The position numbers were made by a program, and so were the translations under genes. DNA of 64,000 bases from Oligoflexia bacterium (GTDB taxonomy: Bacteria; Bdellovibrionota_C; UBA2361; JBGSMV01), in assembly GCA_019694515.1 (NCBI GenBank), contig JAIBBU010000001.1, positions 235,716 through 299,715 of the forward strand, written 5' to 3'. The notes under the pieces were generated by a model that made no database searches, was not told where the DNA came from, and saw nothing but the letters and a program-made list of their open reading frames with translations. This document shows, piece after piece, positions 27,913 to 37,491 of the stretch (the first letter of the stretch is position 1; each line of letters begins with the position of its first letter).

Positions 27913-28419
27913 CGAGGCACCTTCGGTTTCTAGTTTGTGAAGCAACTCCTCGACCGTCAATTTGAGCTCAGGGTGTATAAAACCGGGAGCAAAATCACAA
28001 ATAGGGCGCAGCACAAAGTCGCGCTTGGCCGCCTCTGGATGCGGCAGCTTGAGTCCGGGTTGAGTTAAGATCTGATTGCCAACAAAAATGAGATCTAGAT
28101 CAATAATGCGCGGTGTCCAGCGCTGCGCGCTACTCCGATCGCGGCCCAAGCGCTGCTCAATTTCCAGTAACCGTGCCAAGATCATAGGGGGGGCGAGTGT
28201 CGTAACGCAGCTAAGTGCGGCGTTCAGATATTCCGGTTGGGATTCAGGTTCTCCGCTTAGTGTCAGTGGGGCCGAACGGTAAAATCGGGATATTGCAGAA
28301 ACCGGACCGATTTCACGCTCAACTTGGCTGATCGCTGAGATCAAGGTTGATGTGCTGCTTCCTAGATTGGAACCCAGCGCAATGATAGCCGTGCTTCGGC
28401 GCTCCGCATGGCCAGCCAT
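27892..28419 (-). CDS. folK: 2-amino-4-hydroxy-6-hydroxymethyldihydropteridine pyrophosphokinase (HPPK)
   Basis: HPPK motifs (AIIALGSNLGS; RWTPRIIDLDLIF; LKLPHPEAAKRDFVLRPI). Start placed at MAGHAERR (28419). The track ORF extends to 28626, overlapping the divergent rpiA gene. A Met at 28458 is an alternative. Confidence 0.8.
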   Translation of the reverse strand: MAGHAERRSTAIIALGSNLGSSTSTLISAISQVEREIGPVSAISRFYRSAPLTLSGEPESQPEYLNAALSCVTTLAPPMILARLLEIEQRLGRDRSSAQRWTPRIIDLDLIFVGNQILTQPGLKLPHPEAAKRDFVLRPICDFAPGFIHPELKLTVEELLHKLETEGASLFINLT

Positions 28420-28513
28420 GCCGTTTTGCGGTGCTTTGCTTAAATCAGAAGTTGTCATACGCTCAAAGCTTAGAATAGCTTCTACACCATTCAACAATAG
28501 ACACAATACGGCC

Positions 28514-29185
28514 ATGAAAGAGCTTGTCGCTAAAGAGATTGCAGCTAAGGTAAAAGACGGCGATTTGATAGGGGTCGGTACGGGGTCAACCGTAGATCTG
28601 GCTATCGATGAATTGGCCAAGCGCATCGTGACTGAAAAGCTTCAGGTGCACGCTCTGCCGACATCGTACCAAACCGCTTGGCGCTGCCAGCAAGCTGGCA
28701 TAAAGGTGGTCGATCCGCACTACCGCGGCGATTTGAGCTGGGGTTTCGATGGTGCTGATGCAGTCGATTCAAAACTGCGGGCGATTAAGGGCAAGGGCGG
28801 CGCCATGTTAAAGGAAAAGATCATGGCGGTCCGCTGCCGGACTTACTATCTGGTGATCGACGAAAGCAAGCTGTTCTCAACGTTAGAAGAATCAAAATGT
28901 CCGGTGCCGGTGGAGGTAGTTCCGGAGGCGCTCTCATTGGTCGAACAGGAGCTGGCGCGGATCGGAGCTCGTTCGGTGACGCTAAGAACAGGTTCTGGGA
29001 AGCATGGTCCGATCGTAACAGAAGCTGCCAACCTGATTCTTGATGCTGTCTTTCCTAGTTTTTCCGATAAACTGGAAGCTGAAATCAAATCGATCGTCGG
29101 TGTGGTTGAAAGCGGATTGTTTTTTGGCCTGGCCGATTACGCACTAGTGGCTGGAAAGGCCGGCGTGAAGACACTGCAAAGCTGA
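28514..29185 (+). CDS. rpiA: ribose-5-phosphate isomerase A
   Basis: RpiA motifs (GVGTGSTV; FDGADAVD; KGKGGAMLKEK). Start at MKELVAKE (28514). The track ORF (from 28352) includes a non-homologous 54-aa leader. Confidence 0.85.
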   Translation: MKELVAKEIAAKVKDGDLIGVGTGSTVDLAIDELAKRIVTEKLQVHALPTSYQTAWRCQQAGIKVVDPHYRGDLSWGFDGADAVDSKLRAIKGKGGAMLKEKIMAVRCRTYYLVIDESKLFSTLEESKCPVPVEVVPEALSLVEQELARIGARSVTLRTGSGKHGPIVTEAANLILDAVFPSFSDKLEAEIKSIVGVVESGLFFGLADYALVAGKAGVKTLQS

Positions 29186-29364
29186 GCGCCGTACCCCGCA
29201 CTAACACTTCTTACTGCTCAATTGAGTTCTGTCCTAAGGGTACTAGGACTTTTGCGATCGACCGCTGCCGCTATCAAGACCCTCCTAAGCTTCAGTCCGA
29301 CACTTTAGACAAACGGCGCCATAAGGTTATTAGCAATAAGCCTACCTACGAGACGGAAGCAAGG

Positions 29365-30333
29365 TTGGACGCGGTCATCAAGGCAGAAATATTGGAAAAC
29401 AATCAGGTGTCGCCCGCGCCTGACGAACCTGCTGCGATGGACCCTCTGGTGTTACCGCTCCGTCCATCGGAAGAGGAGCAGCGCATTGATGAAGAGTTGG
29501 AGCTTTTAAAAGGCGTGCCGCTCTTTGCGAACCTGGATCCGATAGAACTGCGCGCTTTGCACGCTGCTATGGATCGGCGCGAAATTGTTCCGGGAGAGTC
29601 GGTATCGGAGGATTTTGCCTACCGGCCTGGATTTCATATCATTGTGAAAGGTCGAGTCGAGTTCCTGGCAAAGGACGCCCAGGGACACACCGTCAGTGTG
29701 AGTTCCGCGGAGCCGGGCGACTATTTCGGAGAGCTTTCGATTCTCAGCAACGATCCGGCACCGTTCATCGCGCGCGCTACCGAGGAAACCATTACTTTAG
29801 AGCTAGAACCTCAGGAATTCGAGGATTTTATGGCCGCTAATCCGCATGCAGCGGTAGACGTATTGCGTGTTTTAGCAAAACGGATTGGTCAGACTGAACG
29901 GCTAATGCGTGAACATGTATCAAGAGATCCGAACGTTGTCGCTGAACAGCAGCGCAGCTTCGGACAGCGGGTGGCCGATGGCGTTGCCCAGGTCGTGGGC
30001 AGCTGGAAGTTTGTATTAGCGCAGAGCTCGTTAATTGCGGGGTGGTTCATTTACAATAGCTTGCCGGGAGTTCCCCATTTCGATCCGTTCCCTTTTATCT
30101 TTCTTAATTTGGCACTTTCAATGCAGGCGGCTTACACCGGTCCGATGCTGCAGATGAGTTCGAATCGGCAGGCAGCTAAGGACCGGGTCGCTGCGTCCAA
30201 CGATCACCAGGTAAACCTGAAAGCTGAATTGATCGCCGAGGCGCTATTAAAACGGGTCGCCTCGCTGGACCGGAAGCTAGGGATGCTGGAAGCGAAGCTA
30301 GGGAAGGGCGGAACAGTTCATGCAGGATCATAG
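29365..30333 (+). CDS. cyclic-nucleotide-binding domain protein with C-terminal DUF1003-type membrane domain
   Basis: The cNMP-binding beta-roll has the FGELS signature (GDYFGELSILS). The C-terminus has two TM helices plus a conserved FDPFPFIFLNLALSMQAAYTGPMLQMSSNRQAAKDR...NLKAE block, typical of DUF1003. Confidence 0.7.
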   Translation: MDAVIKAEILENNQVSPAPDEPAAMDPLVLPLRPSEEEQRIDEELELLKGVPLFANLDPIELRALHAAMDRREIVPGESVSEDFAYRPGFHIIVKGRVEFLAKDAQGHTVSVSSAEPGDYFGELSILSNDPAPFIARATEETITLELEPQEFEDFMAANPHAAVDVLRVLAKRIGQTERLMREHVSRDPNVVAEQQRSFGQRVADGVAQVVGSWKFVLAQSSLIAGWFIYNSLPGVPHFDPFPFIFLNLALSMQAAYTGPMLQMSSNRQAAKDRVAASNDHQVNLKAELIAEALLKRVASLDRKLGMLEAKLGKGGTVHAGS

Positions 30334-30583
30334 TGCGGGTTAGTCATGGAGTAAGCGTCCTATAGTGCGCGACCAGAATTTGTTTTGTTGCGGAAGAGGC
30401 GATCCAGTTCGAAACTTTTTTGACTGCTGTACGAGTTACGCAATGACAGGAATTTTGTCCTCGAATTGCGCAGCCCGAACAGCCGAAAAATCTGGGGCCC
30501 AAGGAGATAGATTTCGTTTCCGAAATACTAAAGATCGACAGCTACGATAGCGTCTGTTGTGGTTAGCATCGAGTGCTTCAGGC

Positions 30584-30844
30584 CTAATCGCGCTGTACCT
30601 GGTTGCCGCGCTCTTCCTCTCGTGCCAATAGCTGCAACGCTAGATTTTCAGCCTCAGAGATGTTCCTCGCTGGTTTGATTGCGATTTTATGCGGGTTCGT
30701 GTCGCTGGCGACGAGCATGAACTGACGGGTAGCACAGACAACCTGTACACAACCTTTTTTCCAGTACTTGCCGATGAACTTGCCCTGCTTAAAAGCTTCG
30801 AGCAAGGCATCGAACTCTTTGTCCTCAACCGTAATGATCTGCAT
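30584..30844 (-). CDS. small hypothetical protein
   Basis: 86 aa. Last gene of the co-oriented HDOD-Skp-SseB block. No motif recognised. Confidence 0.3.
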   Translation of the reverse strand: MQIITVEDKEFDALLEAFKQGKFIGKYWKKGCVQVVCATRQFMLVASDTNPHKIAIKPARNISEAENLALQLLAREEERGNQVQRD

Positions 30845-30916
30845 CTGTACTCCCGTCAGCAGGCCTATATTTAAGATCGGTAGAAAATGAGTTAAGCTGA
30901 AGAGCGCGAAGGGAGG

Positions 30917-31741
30917 CTATTTGCGGGTAAAAAGCGATATAATCCGGCTAATTAGCGCTTTGGTTTGTTGACGCTCAAAGATCGGCTTGGTGACCCTAAA
31001 CATTCCCAGCACCTGGGTATCACTCAGGTCGGCAATAAAAACCCGTACTGCCCCGATACCGATCAGACCATGCTCGGCTGCCAATTTAAAGCGTTTGGCC
31101 AGCGCGCCATCCTCGGGTGAGGCGCGCTCTACCTCGATCCCCAGCAAGAAGTGCTGTTCGGTTGTTCCCTCTAGATCTGCCCGTTCATCCGCGAGCAGGT
31201 AAACCCGCTGAACCGTCTTACACTCCTCCGCCAGTTTAACTAAGGAGTCGACCAATGCTTTGTTCTCCGTCGAATCAACCGGTTTAACGCTAACTGTATG
31301 CAGATCCAGATCGGTGAAGAGCTCTTCCAGGATCTCATCGATCTCCTCTGGGCCGAGCAGCAGTTTTTGAATTTCCCACGGTGAAAGCTCCTTCTCGACT
31401 TCCTGTCCGGGATTAATGCAGATCCACCAGCCCTCTGGCAGCCTCTTCATCAGCTCCGATCCCGCTATCTCGCGGTGCTTCAGGTAAGCGCCGCTCCACT
31501 CCTCAACCAACTGGGTCTGTGTGAATACGGGAACGATCACTCGATCCTGGCTCTTTACCCCCAAGAAGTTGAAAAACTCATCGGGATACTGCGGGGCGTC
31601 AGATAGCTTTTGCGCCTGATAACGTTCGGGCGCTATTAACATAGCCGTCGGTAAGCGCAGGTAGAAGTCCCGTGCGGCCTTGCGATCGCCGGCCAAGGAC
31701 TGCTCCATCAAGTTTTCTAGATCTTTAGCGGACTCGGACAA
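30917..31741 (-). CDS. SseB-like protein (enhanced serine sensitivity protein family), tentative
   Basis: 274 aa. Overall size and composition resemble the SseB N- plus C-domain arrangement. Assignment from memory and weak. Confidence 0.4.
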   Translation of the reverse strand: MSESAKDLENLMEQSLAGDRKAARDFYLRLPTAMLIAPERYQAQKLSDAPQYPDEFFNFLGVKSQDRVIVPVFTQTQLVEEWSGAYLKHREIAGSELMKRLPEGWWICINPGQEVEKELSPWEIQKLLLGPEEIDEILEELFTDLDLHTVSVKPVDSTENKALVDSLVKLAEECKTVQRVYLLADERADLEGTTEQHFLLGIEVERASPEDGALAKRFKLAAEHGLIGIGAVRVFIADLSDTQVLGMFRVTKPIFERQQTKALISRIISLFTRK

Positions 31742-31747
31742 GCTATA

Positions 31748-32269
31748 TTATTTGATAGTCTTCAGCACTTCGTCCGTGACATCAGCGCCCGGATTGCCGA
31801 AAAGCACCGGGCCTCTCGGTTGTTCGCTCTTCTCTAGGACCAAGCTGAGATCGTTCTTGGTGGCGTAATCGTTAACTAGTTTGAGCGCCTTCTCCGTCAG
31901 AATTTTATTGGATTTTAGAATCTCCTTGCGAATTTCTTCGTCGGAATCCTTAACCAAACGTGAGAGCTCCTTGGCTTGTTCACGGTAGCTTTCGGCCTCT
32001 TTCGAATCTTCCGAAACCCGGTTGGCTTTGAGTTTCTCCTCGAGGGTCTTGAGCGCCTGCTTTTTTGCCTCAACCTTCTTTTTGGCCGCCAGCACCTTGC
32101 CGTCAATTTCAGCTTTAAGGGTCTTAGACTCGGCGGTCTCATTAATCACACGATTGATATCGATCGTTGCGATCTTGTATTCAGCGGAAACGGATCCAAC
32201 GCCAGATATTACCAGCAGCGATACTAGGCAGAGCATCCAGGGTCGAGGCATTACGCGGGGTGATCTCAT
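31748..32269 (-). CDS. OmpH/Skp-family periplasmic chaperone
   Basis: 173 aa with a signal peptide. The mature part is a long, strongly charged coiled coil (KTLKAEIDGKVLAAKKKVEAKKQALKTLEEKLKANR...), characteristic of Skp. Confidence 0.7.
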   Translation of the reverse strand: MRSPRVMPRPWMLCLVSLLVISGVGSVSAEYKIATIDINRVINETAESKTLKAEIDGKVLAAKKKVEAKKQALKTLEEKLKANRVSEDSKEAESYREQAKELSRLVKDSDEEIRKEILKSNKILTEKALKLVNDYATKNDLSLVLEKSEQPRGPVLFGNPGADVTDEVLKTIK

Positions 32270-32381
32270 TGAAAAACTCCAATTATTATCAGGCTCTAAC
32301 CTAGTAGAGCGGGGGTAAAATGTAAATGGGCGCGATTGCTCGAACTGTCCTTTCCCAGGATATGTACGGCGAATGTTGAGC

Positions 32382-34067
32382 TTAGAGTTCGACTGGGATG
32401 CCGCCCGGAATCTGCGGGAGCTTTTGGTTCAAAATGTCTACGACCGTTCTAAATACCCGGCGCGCTTCGAAGGACAGAGCGCCATCGTTGCCGCAATCAG
32501 CATATAAAGCGACCGGGGTGTCATGATCTGCATCTACTGGTGCCAAAGCGAAGGACTTGCTGCCGAAGGGTGAATTTGCGCTGCTCTTGTTGCCGAAAGA
32601 TTGAACCTTGGAAAAACACTTTGCCAGAGGTGAGAGAGGGTCTTCCAGCGCCAGTTTCTGTCCGTTTCCGATATTGGGGCCACGTGCTGCCACTACAATC
32701 GCATTTTTGCGATCTTTCGAGATCACGATCAGCGCGGATTTCTCGAAGGGACCGTCATCGACCAGCATTTGAAGCAAACTAGTGAGCAGCTGTTCGCTGC
32801 TTTGAGCAGTGTCAATCGCACTTGCCATGTTGGAAACTGCCTCAGTACCTTTTGAAGTCCGAAGCACCGGTGCGCTACTTTTCGCTACTCCGGGCTTAGC
32901 CTGCACACGCGGCACCTTCTTCCCGCCCTGTCGAAGTTTGTCCAGGCTGAACATTTCGTTCCGTTCGGAGAGCGATTCGGTGACCGACTTGATACCCGTA
33001 GAGGTCTTAGCTTGTTTGGGGAGCTCCGGGGTTTCGAGATCTTCTTCGTCCTGTTCCGGTTCGGCAGCGGCAGCGGGATGCATCAAGCTCTCGATTTCGG
33101 ACTCGAGCTCCTTGTCCGTCGTCGGCACTTCGGCCGCGCCTGACGAGGCCACTACTTCGCTCACGGCCTGATGTTTTTTGCGCTCCTCAGCCTGTCGATC
33201 GCCGAATAGAAATTCTGAAACGCGTTCGTAAACCTTGAGGTACTGCGCATCCGAGATCTGGAGCATGCGCACGGCACTTTTCGGCGGCAAGGTTTTCCCG
33301 GGAGTTAGCTTCTCCCAGCGATTCAAATCAAACGCATCCAGCATTTCACTGGCAGCAGCGCAGATCGGCTTCATGATCGCGCGATCGGGGGTGCGCGGCC
33401 GGGCTTCGCGATCCAGTGCGAACACCAGCGCTTCTGGGATGCCTTGACGCCGCAGATAAGTTAGCCCCATCTTTTCGACATCAAACTTATGATCTTGGGC
33501 CAGGCGATAGTTAACGCCGCTTCGTGAATGCTCTTCTGCTAAAGAAACATAGACCTCGCGGAGGTGAATCGCAGCTAACATTTCACCCACATAGGTCAAT
33601 AACGCAGCGGCTTCGCAGTCGTCGCTTAATGTACGGGAGGCTGCTTCACCGACGATCTTTGCGACAATCGCAAGTCGGCGGCATTTATTGCGGTGAATTT
33701 CAAACCAATGCGACACGTCCTCGTCAGCGATCGGCTGACGCTCTTTGAGATTCTCGAGTGTTTCCTGAACAACATCATTCCCGAGCCTGACGATGGCTGT
33801 CTTGAGGGTTGTGATCGGTGCTTTGCCTCCGGCGAAGTACATGGCATTGGAGATGCGGAGCAGCTCCATGGCAATGACCGGATCCTGGCCGGCGCACGTG
33901 GCGATGTTTTCAACCCGCGTGTTACGGTCGGCGATCAGCTTGCGGGATTCATTCCAGATCGTGGGTTCAGGCGGAAACTGAATTGAGAAAGGTCCGCCGC
34001 CGGACTTGGTTTCTTCAGCTTTCCCTTCGGCTGCAGTGTGCGCTGTCTTTGAATGTTCGTCGTTCAT
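32382..34067 (-). CDS. HDOD-domain signalling protein with long low-complexity C-terminal region
   Basis: The N-terminal ~280 aa match the HDOD (HD-related output domain) pattern (…DPVIAMELLRISNAMYF…LKTAIVRLGNDVV…HW…LAIVAKIVG…). The C-terminal half is unassigned. Confidence 0.65.
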   Translation of the reverse strand: MNDEHSKTAHTAAEGKAEETKSGGGPFSIQFPPEPTIWNESRKLIADRNTRVENIATCAGQDPVIAMELLRISNAMYFAGGKAPITTLKTAIVRLGNDVVQETLENLKERQPIADEDVSHWFEIHRNKCRRLAIVAKIVGEAASRTLSDDCEAAALLTYVGEMLAAIHLREVYVSLAEEHSRSGVNYRLAQDHKFDVEKMGLTYLRRQGIPEALVFALDREARPRTPDRAIMKPICAAASEMLDAFDLNRWEKLTPGKTLPPKSAVRMLQISDAQYLKVYERVSEFLFGDRQAEERKKHQAVSEVVASSGAAEVPTTDKELESEIESLMHPAAAAEPEQDEEDLETPELPKQAKTSTGIKSVTESLSERNEMFSLDKLRQGGKKVPRVQAKPGVAKSSAPVLRTSKGTEAVSNMASAIDTAQSSEQLLTSLLQMLVDDGPFEKSALIVISKDRKNAIVVAARGPNIGNGQKLALEDPLSPLAKCFSKVQSFGNKSSANSPFGSKSFALAPVDADHDTPVALYADCGNDGALSFEARRVFRTVVDILNQKLPQIPGGIPVEL

Positions 34068-34267
34068 CAGTGTGCGGCGTCAATAAGTTCGGGTACTTAG
34101 TGATCGTATAGTCTTGTTGCTTCCCAGCCCCTAAACATTCGACATTGGTCAGGAAAAACTTAATTACTAAGAAAACTACTTAGAAACGCGGAATTTAGGG
34201 CATTTGTATTGATCTCCCCATTTTGCGGTAGGTGGGATAACTTTCAAATTAGTTTATTGGTCATGTT

Positions 34268-35668
34268 TTGGAGAGTTCTACGATGCGCACAGAAAAAGAT
34301 TCGATGGGAGAGATGCAGGTGCCGGAGGAGGCATATTATGGAGCGTCCACGCAGCGCGCGGTTCTAAATTTCCAGGTCAGTCCGCTGCGCTTTCCAGCGC
34401 GCTATATTGCGGCGTTAGGAGTAATCAAACTGGCCGCGGCCAGGGCCAATCAGTCCCTGGGTTTGCTAGCCGAGGAGTACGCCGCGCCCATTAGCAAGGC
34501 CGCGGGCGAGGTGATCGACGGTAAACTCAATGCTCATTTTGTGCTGGATATATTTCAGACCGGCTCGGGCACTTCAATGAATATGAATGCCAATGAAGTT
34601 ATCGCCAATCGTGCTGCTGAGTTGATGGGAGGCAAGCGCGGTGACAAATCAAAGGTTCATCCCAATGATCATGTGAATATGTCGCAGTCGTCGAATGACG
34701 TCATTCCCACTGCAAACCATTTGGCTGCTAGTCAGGCGATTGTCGAGGTGTTGCTGCCGGGACTGGACAAGCTGCAGCAAGCATTAAGCGCCAAAGCACG
34801 CGAATTCGCCGACGTCGTCAAATCCGGACGGACTCATCTGCAGGATGCTACTCCAATTACACTGGGTCAGGAATTCAGCGGATATGCCGCCCAGGTGGCG
34901 CAGGGCATTGAACGGATCAAGCAGGCGCAGCGCTCGATCAGCGAATTGGCGCTGGGGGGGACGGCCGTTGGTACCGGGCTGAATACCCATCCGGAGTTTC
35001 CGAAACGCGCAATTGCGGAAATCTGCAAGATTACAGGGTTGAACTTGAGGGAAGCTTCCAATCATTTCGCCGCGCAAGGTAGTCAGGACGCGTTGGTCGA
35101 GCTTAGCGGACAGTTGAAAACGATGGCATGCGCCTTGATGAAGATCGCCAATGACATCCGTTGGCTCGCGGCCGGACCCCGGTGTAACTTAGGCGAGCTG
35201 AAGCTGCCCGAGATTCAACCTGGCTCTAGCATCATGCCGGCAAAGGTTAATCCGGTGATCTGTGAATCTGTCATGATGGCCTGTGCCCATGTGATCGGGA
35301 ACGATGCCTGCATTACAATCGCCGGACAGCATGGAAACTTCGAGCTGAACACGATGCTCCCGGTAATCGCTTACAACATTCTGGAGTCGACTGAATTACT
35401 CGGAAGAGTCTCGGCCAATTTTGTCGAGCGCTGCATCTCAGGAATTACCGCCAATCGAGAGAAATGTCTCGAATACGCGGAAAAGAGCTTGGCAACCTGC
35501 ACGTCCCTGGCGCCCAAGATCGGTTATGATACCGCTGCGAAGGTCGCTAAACAGGCCTTGGCTGAAAACTGCACGGTGCGTGAAATGGCTCGCAAACTGA
35601 AGGTTCTGCCTGAGGAGGAGCTAACCCGGGTTCTGGATCTGACTGCCATGACCAAGCCGGGGCTGTAA
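34268..35668 (+). CDS. class II fumarase/aspartase-family lyase (aspartate ammonia-lyase or fumarate hydratase)
   Basis: 466 aa. GSSIMPAKVNP signature; Ala at the variable position is aspartase-like. The surrounding PVICESVMMACAHVIGND and QSSNDVIPTA blocks look fumarase-like. N-terminus has EEAYYGASTQRAV. Confidence 0.9.
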   Translation: MESSTMRTEKDSMGEMQVPEEAYYGASTQRAVLNFQVSPLRFPARYIAALGVIKLAAARANQSLGLLAEEYAAPISKAAGEVIDGKLNAHFVLDIFQTGSGTSMNMNANEVIANRAAELMGGKRGDKSKVHPNDHVNMSQSSNDVIPTANHLAASQAIVEVLLPGLDKLQQALSAKAREFADVVKSGRTHLQDATPITLGQEFSGYAAQVAQGIERIKQAQRSISELALGGTAVGTGLNTHPEFPKRAIAEICKITGLNLREASNHFAAQGSQDALVELSGQLKTMACALMKIANDIRWLAAGPRCNLGELKLPEIQPGSSIMPAKVNPVICESVMMACAHVIGNDACITIAGQHGNFELNTMLPVIAYNILESTELLGRVSANFVERCISGITANREKCLEYAEKSLATCTSLAPKIGYDTAAKVAKQALAENCTVREMARKLKVLPEEELTRVLDLTAMTKPGL

Positions 35669-35807
35669 GTAGGCGGGATTCCAGGGGCGGCGCGCTGCTC
35701 CCGTCCGTCCGCTAGCGCGCCGAATCCCTATTCTTTAGGAAAATTTCCTAAATCTTTTTACCGGGGTAGCCGAATCTAATAGATAGTAGGTTACCCGTGG
35801 TAAATTG

Positions 35808-35951
35808 ATGTCATCTGGCAAATCACGAGCTGCAGAGAAATTCATCCAGCGCCCGCTGGAATGGTTAATTGAAAAAATTGTAGATGCGCTTACTGTGCGG
35901 GTTCCCGTTCCGGTGCCCGTTAAGGCCGATCGGCAGCGCCGCCGCCGCTAG
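35808..35951 (+). CDS. small ORF (47 aa) with PVPVPV motif and poly-Arg tail
   Basis: Own translation: MSSGKSRAAEKFIQRPLEWLIEKIVDALTVRVPVPVPVKADRQRRRR. Below the ORF-track size cutoff. Weak RBS. Speculative. Confidence 0.2.
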   Translation: MSSGKSRAAEKFIQRPLEWLIEKIVDALTVRVPVPVPVKADRQRRRR

Positions 35952-36042
35952 TCTGCCGTTGAGTTAGAACACCTCTTTTCAGTCTCAGACACTTCATCTT
36001 CCAAACTGCATAATACTCTGAAGTAGTTTTGGGTTAGTTTCT

Positions 36043-36882
36043 ATGCCCGCCATGGCAGTCCGTCAGCTTAGGGAAAACTCGCCGGATCTCTTCATCTCTG
36101 CCCATCAACCCGAGCTTGCAACTGCAGAACCTGAACTTTCTGAACTAGCCGTTCCAGAAAGGCCGCCTCAGGCTCAGCTTGAGCAAGAAGTCGCGGCCGA
36201 TACGATCGACGAGGCAGACACCAATAAAATCATGGCCGGACTCCGGCGCGTGGAGAGAAAGTGCGATCTCTTATATGGCGTCAGAATGTTAGGGGCTGCA
36301 GCCGTTGGACTGACCTCGACGTTTGCGCTGATCGCGCACCCTCCATTCGGATTGCAAGCAAATACCGATCTCGTTACCTTTCTTGCATTGATGGCTGGAA
36401 TGATCCCCATAGCAGCCATGGGTATTTGGCACATCGCAAAGACGGCTACTCCACTAGGAATTGGGACGGATAGGCTTGAGCAGATCGAAGGGGAATTGGG
36501 CCATAAAAGCGGCCCGCGGGCGGTTTGGAATGCTGCAAAACAGATGAGCATTCCAGCGCTCTACGCTCTGCAGGAAGATATCACGAGGCGTCTAAACCGC
36601 GATCAAAAAGACTATGCGGCGCGGTTAGACCAAAGGAAGTCGCACCTTCACTTGTTAAGCCAGATCGGGCCATGCATGATCCACAATCGGAGTGTGCTCA
36701 GCTCAATGGGGGTGCATGTGCCGAAAGCTGAATGGTTTTTGGCCTTATTGGATCTCTGCGAAGAAAGGAGCGACGGACTCGAATCTCGGGAGATTGCTGA
36801 AGTCCGCATTAAGTTCGAGCAGGTGAGAGGTCAGCAGAGTCAGCAGGATTTTCTGCCTGATTTAACTGCCCGGGCTGAATAA
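36043..36882 (+). CDS. hypothetical membrane protein
   Basis: 279 aa. Two central hydrophobic helices (LGAAAVGLTSTFALIAHPP ; LALMAGMIPIAAMGIWHIA). No family recognised. Confidence 0.4.
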   Translation: MPAMAVRQLRENSPDLFISAHQPELATAEPELSELAVPERPPQAQLEQEVAADTIDEADTNKIMAGLRRVERKCDLLYGVRMLGAAAVGLTSTFALIAHPPFGLQANTDLVTFLALMAGMIPIAAMGIWHIAKTATPLGIGTDRLEQIEGELGHKSGPRAVWNAAKQMSIPALYALQEDITRRLNRDQKDYAARLDQRKSHLHLLSQIGPCMIHNRSVLSSMGVHVPKAEWFLALLDLCEERSDGLESREIAEVRIKFEQVRGQQSQQDFLPDLTARAE

Positions 36883-36959
36883 AAAAACCCGCCACCGTCC
36901 TGGTTGGGGAACGGCGGCGGGTGCGATGTTTCTTTGCGTTAAGGAGATGCGAAAACTTT

Positions 36960-37385
36960 TTATCCGGCCTGCTGAGAATAATGCTTGGTCAAATACCAAG
37001 GGGCGATCCTGCTCGAGCCCCGCTTAGGGATGGCTCGAATCATCTCAGCCGTACGCCGACAATCTAGATCCAGTTCCTGACAGACCCAGGGAAAGGTAAA
37101 CTCATCAAAGCTAGGATCTTCAATATCACCGAAGATCCAGCGTTCGGCCTCTTCAGACTCCTTCAGGTCGTTGCCGACTAGGTCCAGGATGGCTCGCTCT
37201 AACACGGCCATCAGTAAGTTTCTTTCCGGGCTTCCTGTTTCGTTGGGCCGATCGTACATGCCCCCGCCTTCTCGGTCGGTCATATATAGCGTGCTTAGAT
37301 TCCCTTCACTCATATCAAAAAATGTTCTAAAACCGCCTAATCTTCTATTCCTAAACATGACGTGGGCTATGCTGCGATTATTCAT
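36960..37385 (-). CDS. hypothetical protein
   Basis: 141-aa ORF. Acidic. No motif. Confidence 0.3.
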   Translation of the reverse strand: MNNRSIAHVMFRNRRLGGFRTFFDMSEGNLSTLYMTDREGGGMYDRPNETGSPERNLLMAVLERAILDLVGNDLKESEEAERWIFGDIEDPSFDEFTFPWVCQELDLDCRRTAEMIRAIPKRGSSRIAPWYLTKHYSQQAG

Positions 37386-37491
37386 CTTTAATTCTTAGCA
37401 ATTTTTTAATTTTTCCCGGGTGCTGCCGGCTTGGCCGGCGACCTTCTAAAACCCTCATTTCACTGCGTTATATTGGTTGCTATAAGGAAGC

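Noticed and set aside
28352-28513. N-terminal 54-aa extension of the rpiA ORF, and the 28420..28626 extension of the folK ORF
   Set aside because: Both extensions overlap each other on opposite strands and lack homology to RpiA or HPPK N-termini. The internal Mets (28514 for rpiA; 28419 or 28458 for folK) give proteins of canonical length.
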